A stretch of DNA of 64,000 bases from Octopus bimaculoides (Eukaryota). The notes under the pieces were generated by a model, which was not told the origin of the DNA, searched no databases, and worked only from the letters and a program-made list of their open reading frames with translations. The position numbers and the translations under genes were made by a program. Positions within the stretch are counted from its first letter, which is position 1; each line of letters opens with the position of its first letter. Where the stretch lies: NCBI RefSeq assembly GCF_001194135.2, contig NC_068995.1, forward strand, positions 54,913,460 through 54,977,459, read 5' to 3'. This document shows positions 1 through 12,825 of the stretch, one piece after another.

Positions 1-621
1 GTTTTAGATTGACGCTTGTGAAAAATGAAAAAGGCATGTACGTAACTGGCGTGCGCGCAATCCGATCTGTTTAGGCGATGGTGATTATTTTTTCTATACG
101 TTTGAATGCTTTTAAGCAATTAACACTTGATACAATATGACATTTACTAGCAGACAACTTTCCAGTCACAAGCAACAAGTAGTGTGAGCTAAGAATTTCT
201 AGAAAGCAGGAACAGTTATCTAATCAGTGTTTGTATAACGAGTAAATGGTTATCTTGTAAACGTCTCACACATACGCGTAATTGTAACACATGCGATGTT
301 TACAGGATGAACAGAATTTGATCATTTGCAAAGCCCCATCGCTTAATTTTGTACCTTGGCGGTTACTTAAAAATAGGGATATTATTAATAGATATAGCAG
401 AACCGTTATTAAATTGGACAGATTTCATAGTAGCACTTCTTTTGGCTGCAGATTGTGAGTTGAAACACTTCCGTCATCGTCGTTTGCTTTTCATTCATTC
501 GGATTTGATAAAATAAGTACTAGTTAAGCAGAGGGTTCGATTTTATTGATCATCCCCTCTTCTTTAAACTTTCAGGTTGTGTGCTGAGACTGGAAAGGAT
601 ATTTTCAATAAATATACATGC

Positions 622-812
622 AACGGTGAGCTGACAACCCTTAGCACGCCGAACAAAATGTTTGAAATTCTGAGTTCAAAATCCGCTGATGTCTTTCATA
701 ATTTCTGAGTGGATAAAAGAAGTACTAATATAGTACTTAGGTCGATGTAATCAACTTCCCACTCCCTTCAAAACTGTTTGCTCGTTACCAAAATTCGAAG
801 CAAGTATTAGTT
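622..812 (+). mobile_element. tRNA-derived SINE, family A (degenerate copy)
   Basis: Head aacggtgagctgaca...ttagcacgccg, B-box-like ttctgagttcaaaat and tail gtcgatgtaatcaacttcccactcccttcaaaa. Alignable by eye to 7452-7655 (-) and 59448-59582 (+). Confidence 0.7.
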
Positions 813-1708
813 AATATGTAATTAGTGTTGTGGGTATGCGAAATCTGTTGATTTTGCAAAATTTGTTGAACGTCGGAAAGAATCCTTTTCCGAATTTTTC
901 GGGAATTCTTTTACTTGAATAACTGAATAATTCTTGAAGCTAACATCGATTTTGTCACTTAGATGTTTCAGTTGATTACATCTAATGCCTCCTTACTCCA
1001 ATTTCATTATAATCTTTGTGGCATGTCACAACCATTATTAATAGACATTAAATTTCCAGTCTCCGAAATTTCAGACACACTGATTTAGTGATGCCGTAGA
1101 TAAAAAAAAACATTGAATAAAGTACAGCATTTGGAAAAGACCACATCAACGTATACAGGCGAAAGCCTCCTTACAAGCATATATCCCCAAAGATATATCT
1201 TTACAAAAAGCTGAAATATATATTTGTATATCTTAAATTATTCATGTTATATTTTATATTTTATTTCAAGCGGTATATATTTTCGTCGATTAATATCATC
1301 TGTGAAATCAATTGATTTTTAACCAAAAAATGTACTCAGTATTCACCAAGTATTGATTTTGCTTACGCATATTTAACGTGCCTGTTTCTTATGAATTCTA
1401 TTCGACTGCTTTTGGCCATGTAAGGATAAGGATGGTTTCTTATAACAATTTTTGTTAATACATAGTGTGATAGAATACACGAAATATATTTCTAATTTTA
1501 TCATAAAGTCAACATTGCTCTGAGATACAATAAAATATAATCCGCCTACCTTATCACGTGGATTTCCTAATGATCATATTATTGAAGTAAATATGAATTC
1601 TAGCCAGCAGCGCAATATGATCTTAAAAATTCTCCCTTCCTGCCTGTACAGTATCCGATGTGTGAAATAACAATTTCCGCTTTACACGAAAATTTAGAAA
1701 TGTCTTTA

Positions 1709-1756
1709 TGTGTGTGTGTGTGTGTGTGGGTGGGTGTGTGTGTGTGNNNNNNNNNN

Positions 1757-1828
<72 letters not shown>
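1709..1828. repeat. (TG)n microsatellite with internal N gap
   Basis: Direct reading. Confidence 0.95.
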
Positions 1829-1832
<4 letters not shown>

Positions 1833-2376
1833 TTCACTGAACTGATCACTCAGTAGAGCAAACCATTTATTGAGTTGGTATCTTACCATTATCGGAAATA
1901 TCGCACCAATTACTACTGCAAATTTGCACCATTTTCATAAATGAAATACATTCATCTTCTAATCTGCATTTTCATTTCCTTACCCTCAAGCAATGCAAGA
2001 GAGACAATTATACTGAAATATATACGTGTATATATTCATTCAGGCGTGTACGCATATAGGGGCATGGTGACACGATCTGTGATCATACATAACCACTCAC
2101 AACCAAAGCATACGTACGCATTTACACATAGACACGCACACATGCAAATATATAATCGATATATAGACATACATATATGTGTATATGTCTGTGTGCACGC
2201 ATGCGCGTAAGCACCCGTGTGTCTGCGTATCTTTATGCATATATCATCGTTGCGTAAAAGTTATCTCGTTTCCAGATTATAAAACTACGTCTCCTTTGTA
2301 TACACACTTCAGTACAAACCCAGAGATTATAAGTGATTATGAGAGCATGTACGAGTATAATTATGAGTGTAAAATA

Positions 2377-2528
2377 TGTGTGAGGTAAGTAGCTTGCTCA
2401 CCAATCCCATGGTTTCGGGTTCAGTCCCACTGCGTAGCACCTTCGGGAAGTGTCTTCTGCTATATCCTTGGGCCGACCTAAGCATTTTGAGAGGATTTGG
2501 TAGACGGAAACTGAAAGAAGCCCATCAC
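2377..2528 (+). mobile_element. tRNA-derived SINE, family B 5' half
   Basis: tgtgtgaggtaagtagcttgctcaccaatcccatggtttcgggttcagtcccactgcgtagcacc...gtgtcttctgctata...ggatttggtagacggaaactgaaagaagccc, followed by a microsatellite. Homologous to minus-strand copies at 8913-9038 and 14916-15012. Confidence 0.8.
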
Positions 2529-2651
2529 AGGCGTATGTATATGTCTATTAACATGTGTGTGCGTGTGCGTGTATATGTATACATATTCACAAATAATATA
2601 TTCTTTTGTGTGCTTTGTAAAACATCTAATTTCCATATATTTAGTTACTTC

Positions 2652-2686
<35 letters not shown>

Positions 2687-2895
2687 NNNNNNNNNNNNNN
2701 NNNNNNNNNNNNNNNNNNNNNNNNNNNNNNNNNNNNNNNNNNNNNNNNNNNNNNNNNNNNNNNNNNNNNNNNNNNNNNNNNNNNNNNNNNNNNNNNNNNN
2801 NNNNNNNNNNNNNNNNNNNNNNNNNATATATAGATAGATAGATAGATAGATAGACACAAATACATATATATATATATAGATTGACATACAGATAG

Positions 2896-3368
2896 ATATG
2901 TTTCTTTATTGGCCACACAACGCTGAACGCAGGGGGTACAAAATACAAAGTAGAGCTTTTAATTTTGGGAAGAGAAAAATGGCGGGTGGGTAGAAATTCG
3001 ATCAAAAGAGATCGTGTTAAAGAAGGGGCAAGCCGATTAATAGGGATCATAGTGTAAAATGGGAAACAGACCACGGTAACATCGGGCAATATTGTCATGC
3101 AAAAAGCACATTGCAGTAAGTGACCCTCTTTTTCCTTTCTTTTTCTGGTTCATAGTATTATGCTCAAGGTGGCTCCGTCATTCACACCTGCCATCCTTGC
3201 TGCCCTCTCTACTTCTAGTGATATTTGAAGAACTTGATGAGAGATTCACCAAAGAGGAAAGTGTTTGTCTCTAGACCTTTCTGACGCGTCCACCATACAC
3301 ATTCTTTAGCCATAGCCACAAGTACGATGAAAATGGCTCTTCCTACCCGTTTGAAGGAAGGAGGCGCG
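2896..3368 (-). mobile_element. L1/Tx1-clade LINE 3' fragment (ORF2 C-terminus plus 3' UTR), 5'-truncated
   Basis: Minus frame reads APPSFKRVGRAIFIVLVAMAKECVWWTRQKGLETNTFLFGESLIKFFKYH*, resembling the hydrophobic-AK-E-x-W-W-T-R-x-K-G-L...LI-x-FF terminal segment of Tx1-like ORF2. Stops follow immediately. Confidence 0.65.
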
Positions 3369-3396
3369 ACAGATAGATAGATAAATAGATGAATCG

Positions 3397-3513
<117 letters not shown>

Positions 3514-4634
3514 GAGAGAAGATACATAGATACATGTGTGTAATCATGTCCCATCACAGTTACGCATGTTCGATCTTATGCAACTATATTAGAAGAGCGC
3601 CAATAGCCTTAAAAGTGTAACAGTTACTGGATCAAGTATTACTTTATTATACTAAAGTAGATTTCTACGATTATCGTTCTTACATTAGATATAAGTATCT
3701 GGTTTTACCAAAGCTGTTAACATTTTACGTAGCCATCGCATTTGTCATTCGTAATTCCTTAGCTGTTTAAACGCTCGTGGTTTAGTCTCTTGTATTCATA
3801 TCTGCCGCATCAAATTATTTGAGCTTGATTCGCTCCATCGACAATTTGTAATATCATTATCATGAATATATATAGTATTTATATTGTGGAAGCAATTTCC
3901 ATAGTACATACGATTATTAAAGTGTTGTGTTATCCTCAGACTGTTTGATACGGTACATCAGGTGAAGCTTCATTTGGCTTGTGACTACATTTTAAAAATG
4001 TTGTCAATGGTGGGCTTTCAATTTCAGTCAATTATGTTCTATTTAATAACGGTGGACATCTCGAAATATTTCAATTGCTGTTACCAATTCAATGATTCAT
4101 GATGGTTTAATGCATCTGAAACATAATATTGTATATACCTCATCGATCACTTTGCTCATGAGACCAAACGTTTTCTGTTATATCGTCAACACCCTCAAAA
4201 AACATTGTTGATTTAGTAAGTATATTTTAATGTGTTAGGACGGCTACAATTCTTACGCTTTCATGGAAAACTAAAGAAAATCTTTTACAACTACAATTGA
4301 CAATGATATGCTATTACTAACTCCGATACCGTGTTATTGCACGTATTTATATTAGGACGCTCCATGTTTGTCTCTGCTAACATTAGTAAATCAAACACTA
4401 GTCGATGAGAAAATAAATAGCACGTTTCTATATGGCATTGAAATAGCCTACATAGCTATAAAGCTGGAAGTCTATATTATGTCCAAAATTTCCCATTTCC
4501 TAATCTAATACTTTATATACATTAATAGTCATTAAAGTAATTTATTCACTAATGTAGTTAGCTTTTGGTAACAAAATATGCTCCCTGCTGTATTATCGTT
4601 AATCTAGATTATATGAACATACACTAGCATGCAT

Positions 4635-4665
<31 letters not shown>

Positions 4666-4923
4666 CATACATACATACATACATACATACATAGAGAGGG
4701 AGAGGAATAGAGAGAAAAAAGAAAGAGAGGCAATAGATGAGATTCAGGTACGCTCAATGTAGTGTTCAAGTGATTAGAATCTACACTCCGAAAATTTTAT
4801 CGAGGAATAAGAAACAGCTGGCTGACCTGAAATATTATACTCTCTCCCATTAGCATTCTGTATCTTTTGCATGCCTTATACATGAATGTTCATCTTTTGC
4901 TTCTCTCTCTCCCTCTTTGTGTA

Positions 4924-4960
<37 letters not shown>

Positions 4961-5456
4961 TATTTATACTATTATATGACTGAACGCCACTCATCCTTTT
5001 CTAAGTAAGTTTTATCATAGTAATTCTCATGCGCGCACTATACGACCTTTTTAATCTTTCGTTTTTCTCTTTTTTTTCTCTCTCTTAGTCTTTCATCTCC
5101 TCTTCTCCCAATATTCAATCCTATTACTCTGTCACGCTCTCTCCCTCATTCCTATCACCTTGCTCACGTGGCTTCAACGTGACCAGCGACCATCTTTCTT
5201 TTTCTAACTCCGTTGTAGCTGGAACAAGGAAGGCGTATTCTCGTTTCTCTCCTGTCCTAGCTTGATTTACGCGTTCTTTATATCGCTTGTTTTGTCTTGC
5301 ATTTGTGTCTTTCGTTGTTCGAAAGAATGGGTGATGTTCCATGTACTCGTGCTTTGTACTTTTTTGTTGCATACGCTTCGTGACGTAATGTGCCCACATA
5401 TGCATATATGTATATATACGTATAGATGTAACTATGTAAATATACTTATGTATAAA

Positions 5457-5502
<46 letters not shown>

Positions 5503-5557
5503 NNNNNNNNNNNNNNNNNNNNNNNNNNNNNNNNNNNNNNNNNNNNNNNNNNNNNNN

Positions 5558-5585
<28 letters not shown>

Positions 5586-5589
<4 letters not shown>

Positions 5590-5697
5590 AACAAGCACCA
5601 GGCTTACGAAGAATAAGTCCAGGGATTGATTTCTTCGACCAAGAGGCAGTGCCCCATCATGGCGACATTGAGAATGACCGAATCAAGTAAAATAATA
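5586..5697 (+). mobile_element. SINE 3' half (family B tail) following a microsatellite/gap
   Basis: agcaccaggcttacgaagaataagtccagggattgatttcttcgac...tgaccgaatcaagtaaaataa matches 9093-9205. Confidence 0.7.
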
Positions 5698-6276
5698 ATG
5701 CGTGTGTTTTTATTGGCTCAACTGGCAATATGACCATCTCCAAATACAACAACAGAATATATATATACACCAGCACATACACACACACACGTGCACATGC
5801 ATGAGTACTTTACAGCATTACTACGACGGTGAGTGGTTGGAATTGTTACCATGCAGGAGAAAATACAAATAAGTGCCATTTGACCACTAGTATTAATGGA
5901 ATCAACTAACCATATTTCTAGCACCATATTGTTGGTCCTGTGCTTATATTAAAAAGAGAAAACAATATTGTTTTAGCGCTCATACATTAAGTAAAACTAG
6001 AAACGCATCATATTCGTCTCGAGTGGTACATCTTCATATCAAATCATTCACTTGAATTTGTTTGTATCATATTAACCCACTCGAATATTCATCTTTGATT
6101 CTTTCATACCCTTCTGAAAATGTGAAAGTAGTTTATAGTTAAAAAGTTTTAAAATAGTTCGTGCAAGTAATCTTATTAATCATAACATTAAACTTTTTTC
6201 TACATATATTGTTGCCGAGATTTTCTTGCTTTTAGAAAATCTCAAATCCTAATATATATATATATATATATATATA

Positions 6277-7007
6277 NNNNNNNNNNNNNNNNNNNNNNNN
6301 NNNNNNNNNNNNNNNNNNNNNNNNNNNNNNNNNNNNNNNNNNNNNNNNNNNNNNNNNNNNNNNNNNNNNNNNNNNNNNNNNNNNNNNNNNNNNNNNNNNN
6401 NNNNNNNNNNNNNNNNNNNNNNNNNNNNNNNNNNNNNNNNNNNNNNNNNNNNNNNNNNNNNNNNNNNNNNNNNNNNNNNNNNNNNNNNNNNNNNNNNNNN
6501 NNNNNNNNNNNNNNNNNNNNNNNNNNNNNNNNNNNNNNNNNNNNNNNNNNNNNNNNNNNNNNNNNNNNNNNNNNNNNNNNNNNNNNNNNNNNNNNNNNNN
6601 NNNNNNNNNNNNNNNNNNNNNNNNNNNNNNNNNNNNNNNNNNNNNNNNNNNNNNNNNNNNNNNNNNNNNNNNNNNNNNNNNNNNNNNNNNNNNNNNNNNN
6701 NNNNNNNNNNNNNNNNNNNNNNNNNNNNNNNNNNNNNNNNNNNNNNNNNNNNNNNNNNNNNNNNNNNNNNNNNNNNNNNNNNNNNNNNNNNNNNNNNNNN
6801 NNNNNNNNNNNNNNNNNNNNNNNNNNNNNNNNNNNNNNNNNNNNNNNNNNNNNNNNNNNNNNNNNNNNNNNNNNNNNNNNNNNNNNNNNNNNNNNNNNNN
6901 NNNNNNNNNNNNNNNNNNNNNNNNNNNNNNNNNNNNNNNNNNNNNNNNNNNNNNNNNNNNNNNNNNNNNNNNNNNNNNNNNNNNNNNNNNNNNNNNNNNN
7001 NNNNNNN
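6277..7007. other. Assembly gap (N run). Other gaps: 2687-2825, 5503-5557, 12426-12807, 23402-23655, 35020-35662, 43056-43217, 46649-46713, 49540-49816 and short ~10-N gaps
   Basis: Runs of n, almost all flanked by (TA)n, (TG)n or (GAT)n arrays, typical of a short-read assembly. Confidence 0.99.
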
Positions 7008-7451
7008 TGTGTGTGTGTGTGTGTGTGTGTGTGTCCTTGCCTCGGTAAGGTTGAGAATGTGTAAATAAAAGAGACGGAGTAAAAGATAAACTTTTGAATC
7101 TGTTGATATATATGAAAGTTATTTCAAGAGCTTAGATCTAATTAGTGATAAATTGACGTTTGCCATCAGTTAAATACGTACGCATACAAATAATCAAGCA
7201 TCCATAGTATCCACAGAAATATTTTCACAAACGTTTACATAGGCACATCTATATATGCCTCTACATAACTATATGTTTTTCATGATATCATACGATTAGG
7301 AGCACATTCTAATTGTATACTGCGAGTTGAAAAACACTAGCATAAACTAGAATAACGGTTGAACGTGATTAACTGTACATAGTTTTGCAGCATAATTGAA
7401 AGCGTAGCCTAATATCGTTCAAATTACAGTCGAGTGTGTAAAATAAACCGT

Positions 7452-7655
7452 ACTGCTTTAGCCAAAAAATTTGAGGGGAGTGGACAAGTCGATTACATGG
7501 AACTCAGTACGTAACTGGTACTTATTTCTTCGACCTCGCATGGATATAAGGCAAAGTCGACTTCGGCAGAATTTGAACACAGAACGTAAAGACAGGTGAA
7601 ATACCGCTAAGCATTTCGCCCGGCGTGCTAAAGATTCTTCCAGCTCACCGCCTTA
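7452..7655 (-). mobile_element. tRNA-derived SINE, family A, near full length (best copy in window)
   Basis: Reverse complement: aaggcggtgagctggaagaatctttagcacgccgggcgaaatgcttagcggtatttcacctgtctttacgttctgtgttcaaattctgccgaagtcgactttgcc...ataagtaccagttacgtactgag. Has A-box-like and B-box-like segments. Confidence 0.85.
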
Positions 7656-8480
7656 TAATAACAGTGTGTTAAATAATAAAAACTTTAACCTTAGAATAGC
7701 ATAAAATGACATGCTAAACGTGGTAGGAATATTTTTGATGAAACTCTGTTCCCACGGTTTGCTTAAGCTTAAATTCCTAAGATTTAGTAAAATCTGTTGT
7801 ACATCAGTGATAATGGGAATATAAATGAATCTATTACCATAAAAACCAGTTTCCAAAAATTACTAATTATCTAACCTTGTTATATTTCAAGTTGGCAAGT
7901 AGAGGTCTTGCGGTGTTTGATGGTCAACAGGAATTGAGTACGATTAAAATTAAACAAAATATTCTAGGACAAACATGTTCTCTACAAATTTTGGTTTCAC
8001 AACATACAGATTGGTTACGTTTCTGCGCTTTTTTTAAATGGTTCCCAAAAATTATTGTCCATCAACTTCTTAATTCATAACGATATATGACTGTATATGT
8101 GAAAGTGTGTCTGTCTGTGTCAATGCAATCAACTGAAATTACCATTCAAATATTCATGTGACATTAATAGAAAATATGTCCGCCTCGGAAACGTTTCGAG
8201 AAAGTGAATTTGACAGCAAAATATCTGTCAGTTTTGATTCGTTAAATATGCCCATTTTAGTACGAAAATAGTTAGTTTGAGACACTTTATTATGACAAAA
8301 TTGAATGTATATACGACTACATAGAATCGAGCATTCAAATACTGACACATGCACGCACACACACACATTCACACACATTCACGCACACATATATACATAT
8401 ATGTATATTTGGATATATATACATATATATATATTCATAGATACACACACATATCTTATATCTTTTACTTGTTTTAGTCA

Positions 8481-8575
8481 ATACAGATCGGCCATACTGG
8501 AGCCCCTCCTTGAATAATTTTTAATCGAATGAATTGACCCCGTATTTAAGCGGCGGTGGGGAAAACACAGACAAG
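8481..8575 (-). mobile_element. SINE family B tail fragment
   Basis: cggccatactggagcccctcctt is the reverse complement of the aggcggtgctccagcatggcc segment at 9143-9163. Adjoins a (CA)n array. Confidence 0.55.
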
Positions 8576-8729
8576 TCTCATGCATACATCGCCCGCGCAC
8601 GCACGCACACACACACACACGCACACACACACACGCACACACACACACTCACACACACACACACACACACATATACATTCCAAAATGTAACTACATGTGT
8701 CTTTTCTCTTACACTTTCATATGTCTCCT

Positions 8730-8870
8730 GTTTCTGAAGGAGAGCTTGCCCGAAACGTAAAATGGCCGTTCTTTCTTTCTTTCTTTCTCTGACTGTCTTA
8801 TTAATACCTCGCATGTATCACGTCCTCTTGTTGTTGTTTTGTTTTTGTTGTTCTTGTTTTCTCTGGTTTA
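8730..8870 (+). mobile_element. Penelope-like terminal repeat fragment with degenerate hammerhead-like core
   Basis: ctgaagg-agagcttgccc-gaaacgt followed by a pyrimidine/T-rich tail. Same layout as 12826-12950. Confidence 0.4.
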
Positions 8871-8912
8871 TTTTATTAATTATGTGTAAATATGTATATG
8901 GTGGACTTTTCC

Positions 8913-9038
8913 CAGGTTTTGTCTACGAAATCAACTCAGAAGTGTTTGGTCGACCACAGGCTATAGTTGAAGACATTTGTTCTATGTGCCACGCAGTGGA
9001 GCTTAACCCGTAATCATGTAGTTTGGATACAAACTCCT
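8913..9038 (-). mobile_element. SINE family B 5' half (degenerate)
   Basis: gtctacgaaatcaactcagaagtgtttggtcgaccacaggctatagttgaagacatttg...gtgccacgcagtgg is the reverse complement of the 2377-2528 type. Confidence 0.7.
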
Positions 9039-9055
9039 GGGCCACGAATATATTC

Positions 9056-9205
9056 CTCTTGCTTCCCAACCACATAATTCCAGGTTCAAAAGCACCAGAT
9101 TTGCAAAGAATAAGTCCAGGGACTGACTTCTTCTGCTAAAAGGCGGTGCTCCAGCATGGCCACTGTCAGTTGACTGAAACAAGTCAGAGAATAAAAGAAT
9201 AAAAT
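9056..9205 (+). mobile_element. SINE family B, internally deleted copy (head joined directly to tail)
   Basis: cttgcttcccaaccacataattccaggttca (head, cf. 2392-2425) is fused to agcaccagatttgcaaagaataagtcc...ggcggtgctccagcatggcc...gactgaaacaagt (tail, cf. 5590-5690). Confidence 0.7.
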
Positions 9206-10349
9206 ATGTTAGCAAATAGTCGAGTCTTATGAACAACTCTTTGTAATTATGTTTCATTTAAGAACAAGTCCTTGATCTGATGTATTTTAACAGTAGTAAT
9301 TAAATAGCGGAAAGTAATAATCAAAAAATATCCAGTAGTTACTAATCTCAAATCTTAGAATTGTGCTCTTATTTATCATCAATATAGCTACAACTCCTAA
9401 AACCCGAACTAAGCAAAACTACAAGGACCCGTGGTGAAATTTTATTGCTAAGAAAATTATTAGTCTGTGATTTGCTTAGCTGAGGTATTGGTCAAACTAA
9501 ACTAGCTATGTTCTCTTATGTGCTGCAAGTAATCTCGTAAATTTCATTAAAAAATAACATTTATTGCAGATCGATGATTCGTTCTTCTTTTACATTTTTA
9601 CTTATAAAATAATAAAAGCAACTTCACTTAATTTACACTTGATTCAATTTTGTTTTCTTTCTTTGACAACCTTTTAGAAATAAATTATATCAAAGATTCA
9701 TTTATTATTTATTCATTTAGTTTATGACTTTTGTATTAATCGATTTGTGTAGAAGAAAGACAGAATTCGATAGGAAAAAAAATGTTATCAGTGATATATA
9801 TTTTCTTTACGTAAATACAGGAAATCTTTAAGTTAGTTATAAATATATGGAAAAATAAACGACTTGCCTTAAACCGAAGATGAATACAAGAGTAAAGAAA
9901 AAGGAAATGAAAAATAAATATATCTGAACAACTTCTGGTATGATAAATTGATTTAATATTGTTAATGGTTTTGATACGTTTTTTTTTCTTCTCAATTAGA
10001 CAATTAATGGTTCCCACAAAGACGTACAACACTCACTGGATTGCCGCGAGTTCAACGCTAATCTACAGCATCGTAGATTATATGCTATTTTCCTTACTGT
10101 GCGGTAGATAGAGAAGATTCATTCAGCAGTCCACAAACTGTCTTATTACAGTTTCTATGCCTGAATTTTCTCATAATTTGGTAAATATGCATTCAATAAA
10201 TTATCCAGATCATAATTCCTTTATCTCTTTAACATTGAAAATGCTGAATGCAGTACTACATGTTTGAAACATGCTTTTCATGCAATTACATGTAAGTAAA
10301 AAATACATCTAAAACGTCTTCAATTTTTATATATATACATCTATATCTG

Positions 10350-10396
<47 letters not shown>

Positions 10397-10439
10397 ATAT
10401 NNNNNNNNNNCTTCAATTTTTATATATATACATGATTAT

Positions 10440-10750
10440 CACAACGACCACCTAAACGGCCAAGGCGAATTCCCATCCGTCTGTTTCGAAGAAAATGAAA
10501 TAATATGTAGTCACGATGATTCGTCTGTTGTGTAGGAGCAACATGCCCTAGAACATTAAATACTTTAACCATTGTTCATAACTGTTCTTATTTTAACTGA
10601 CATCCATTGTCCGGAAATCCTTCGTCGCATGTCTGTGATCTTTTCAGTGAAATTTTCCGTCCTGCTTAGTCCATTCTGTTCTTCTGGTTTGATTGCGTGG
10701 TTCGCCCTGCATATGTCTCTATATGTGTAATTGTCTAGAACTTTCATATC
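10440..10750 (-). mobile_element. Possible highly degenerate Tc1-like transposase fragment
   Basis: Minus reading ...IKPEEQNGLSRT...TDMRRRISGQWMSVKIRTV... then, with a frameshift, RMEFALA. This loosely follows the Tc1 DNA-binding region and the R-x-x-FA motif. Weak. Confidence 0.3.
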
Positions 10751-11059
10751 GGATGTTTATTACGATTGATGTCTTTCCTTTAGGTTGTTACAATCCTGTT
10801 TGTCTGATAACATAATAAAAAAGAATAAAACATCCGCTACACGTTATTATATTGATCGAAATTTTAGCGAAAAATTCTCTCTTCTTTTAGAGATTTGCAG
10901 ATGATGAAGCATCAAATTTTCTTCTTTAGTCTAATTCTAAAATTTTGTCTCTCCAATTCTTGGCCAATATCATTAATATATTTGGCACTAGAATGTATAT
11001 TTTTCCATACCACGTTTGTTTATGCCTTCTTTTAAAGATGAGTTATGCTCCTTAGAAAG

Positions 11060-11134
<75 letters not shown>

Positions 11135-11223
11135 GGTGTATGTGTCTGTGCGCGCAAACACCAAACAAGATGAGGACATCCGTCAAATGCAAATACTGTA
11201 AATAATGTAAATAAAATAAATAA

Positions 11224-11690
11224 TCAACTGATTCCGTCGATGATTTGGTGAATGAAATCTTTCCTAATCTTCATAGTTACAATACAGATTGTATCTGTAA
11301 GCGACCTAACCTGGCTCCAAAAAATGTTGCTGTACATAACCTCAATAATATGCGATTGAATAAACTCTCAGGAGAAGTATTTAATTATTCAAATGGCAGC
11401 GTTGTTCATGATCAGGGTATTGCTAACTTCCATGTACAGCTCCTCATTGTCTTCACCTGACAAAGAGTCTCCTATTATGCGGTGGCGTAATTTGTCTCCA
11501 CCAAAATTATGCAGTGGTACAGGATTAATTGTGCACAAACTTATAACGAGGTGCATAAACGCAAATATTCACACTGGTTGTGATAAGGGTGAAACTGTTC
11601 TATTTCCTCGTATGCTAGTTATACCATCTAATGTCCCATTCCAGTTTAAGCGGTTGCCGTTTACTATCCCACTTTCTTTTGCATTATTAA
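11224..11690 (+). mobile_element. Helitron RepHel PIF1-like helicase C-terminal remnant (frameshifted)
   Basis: Frame 1: DDLVNEIFPNL...LAPKNVAVHNLNNMRLNKLSGEVFNY. Frame 2: PIMRWRNLSPPKLCSGTGLIVHKL...TGCDKGETVLFPRMLVIPSNVPFQFKRLPFTIPLSFA. These match the Helitron pattern LAPKN...LRNLxPPKLCNGTRL...IPRIPLIP...FKRLQFPVRLAFA. Confidence 0.9.
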
Positions 11691-11699
11691 ACGACAGGG

Positions 11700-12003
11700 T
11701 TGAACACTAAAAGATGCTAAAAGACCGAGCATAGAAAATGGAATGCTCCCACACTGCCATAGAGAACCATCTTCACTCGATGGGAAAGGTTCAGATGTAT
11801 GGAGCATGGGTTCCGCATGCTTTAAGTAACAGCAACAAAAATCAACGAGCCACAATATCCGCTGGTTGGCTTGTTCGTCACCGCTCAACGCATTGAAGCA
11901 AGCAAAGATTTCTTTGCCGAATCGTTACTGGCGTTGAGAAATAGTGTCTGTAGATCAATATGAAGCAGCGTAAAGAATGGCTTAGCCCCGGCAAACAAGC
12001 GAC
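11700..12003 (+). mobile_element. mariner (DD34D-type) transposase internal fragment, pseudogenised
   Basis: MECSHTAIENHLHSMGKVQMYGAWVPHALSNSNKNQRATIS...RFLCRIVTGVEK*CL*INMKQRKEWLSPGKQAT contains the WVPHxL motif and the IVTG(D>V)EKW first catalytic-aspartate motif, with in-frame stops. Confidence 0.92.
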
Positions 12004-12825
12004 ACACACTCATATATATATATATATGCCATATTATACAATATTTAGATGCATTAATTACACACGCGTTAGGGAAGTTCGTGTAGAAGTTTACATCAAA
12101 CAAAACGTAATTCTATTAATTTTGTTAACTATTGGTAAGCAATTACCGTAATTATATCTCCTCAGATGAAATTCTGTATTCGATTGAAACATTAAGTTTT
12201 AACATAATATGTTAATAAGAATGTAGCACCAGCCTTTGGTCTGCGTGTAGGCAGACTATAAGGCAATTTAAATGTATATGATATATTGCAATATAGAGAA
12301 AGAGAAACCGAAACTCATATACATTTGTATATATGTAGACGTATACATACATACATATATATATGTGTGTGTGTGTTTGTATCTGTATATATATGTTTAC
12401 ATATATATTCATATATATATATATANNNNNNNNNNNNNNNNNNNNNNNNNNNNNNNNNNNNNNNNNNNNNNNNNNNNNNNNNNNNNNNNNNNNNNNNNNN
12501 NNNNNNNNNNNNNNNNNNNNNNNNNNNNNNNNNNNNNNNNNNNNNNNNNNNNNNNNNNNNNNNNNNNNNNNNNNNNNNNNNNNNNNNNNNNNNNNNNNNN
12601 NNNNNNNNNNNNNNNNNNNNNNNNNNNNNNNNNNNNNNNNNNNNNNNNNNNNNNNNNNNNNNNNNNNNNNNNNNNNNNNNNNNNNNNNNNNNNNNNNNNN
12701 NNNNNNNNNNNNNNNNNNNNNNNNNNNNNNNNNNNNNNNNNNNNNNNNNNNNNNNNNNNNNNNNNNNNNNNNNNNNNNNNNNNNNNNNNNNNNNNNNNNN
12801 NNNNNNNATTCTGTTCTGTTGAAGA

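Noticed and set aside
3985-4212. Stop-free frame LHFKNVVNGGLSISVNY...
   Set aside because: No recognisable domain or convincing splice sites; such frames are expected by chance over six frames of 64 kb.
10318-10433. 23-bp direct repeat cttcaatttttatatatatacat flanking a microsatellite and a 10-N gap
   Set aside because: It straddles a contig join, so it is most likely an assembly overlap artefact rather than a target-site duplication.
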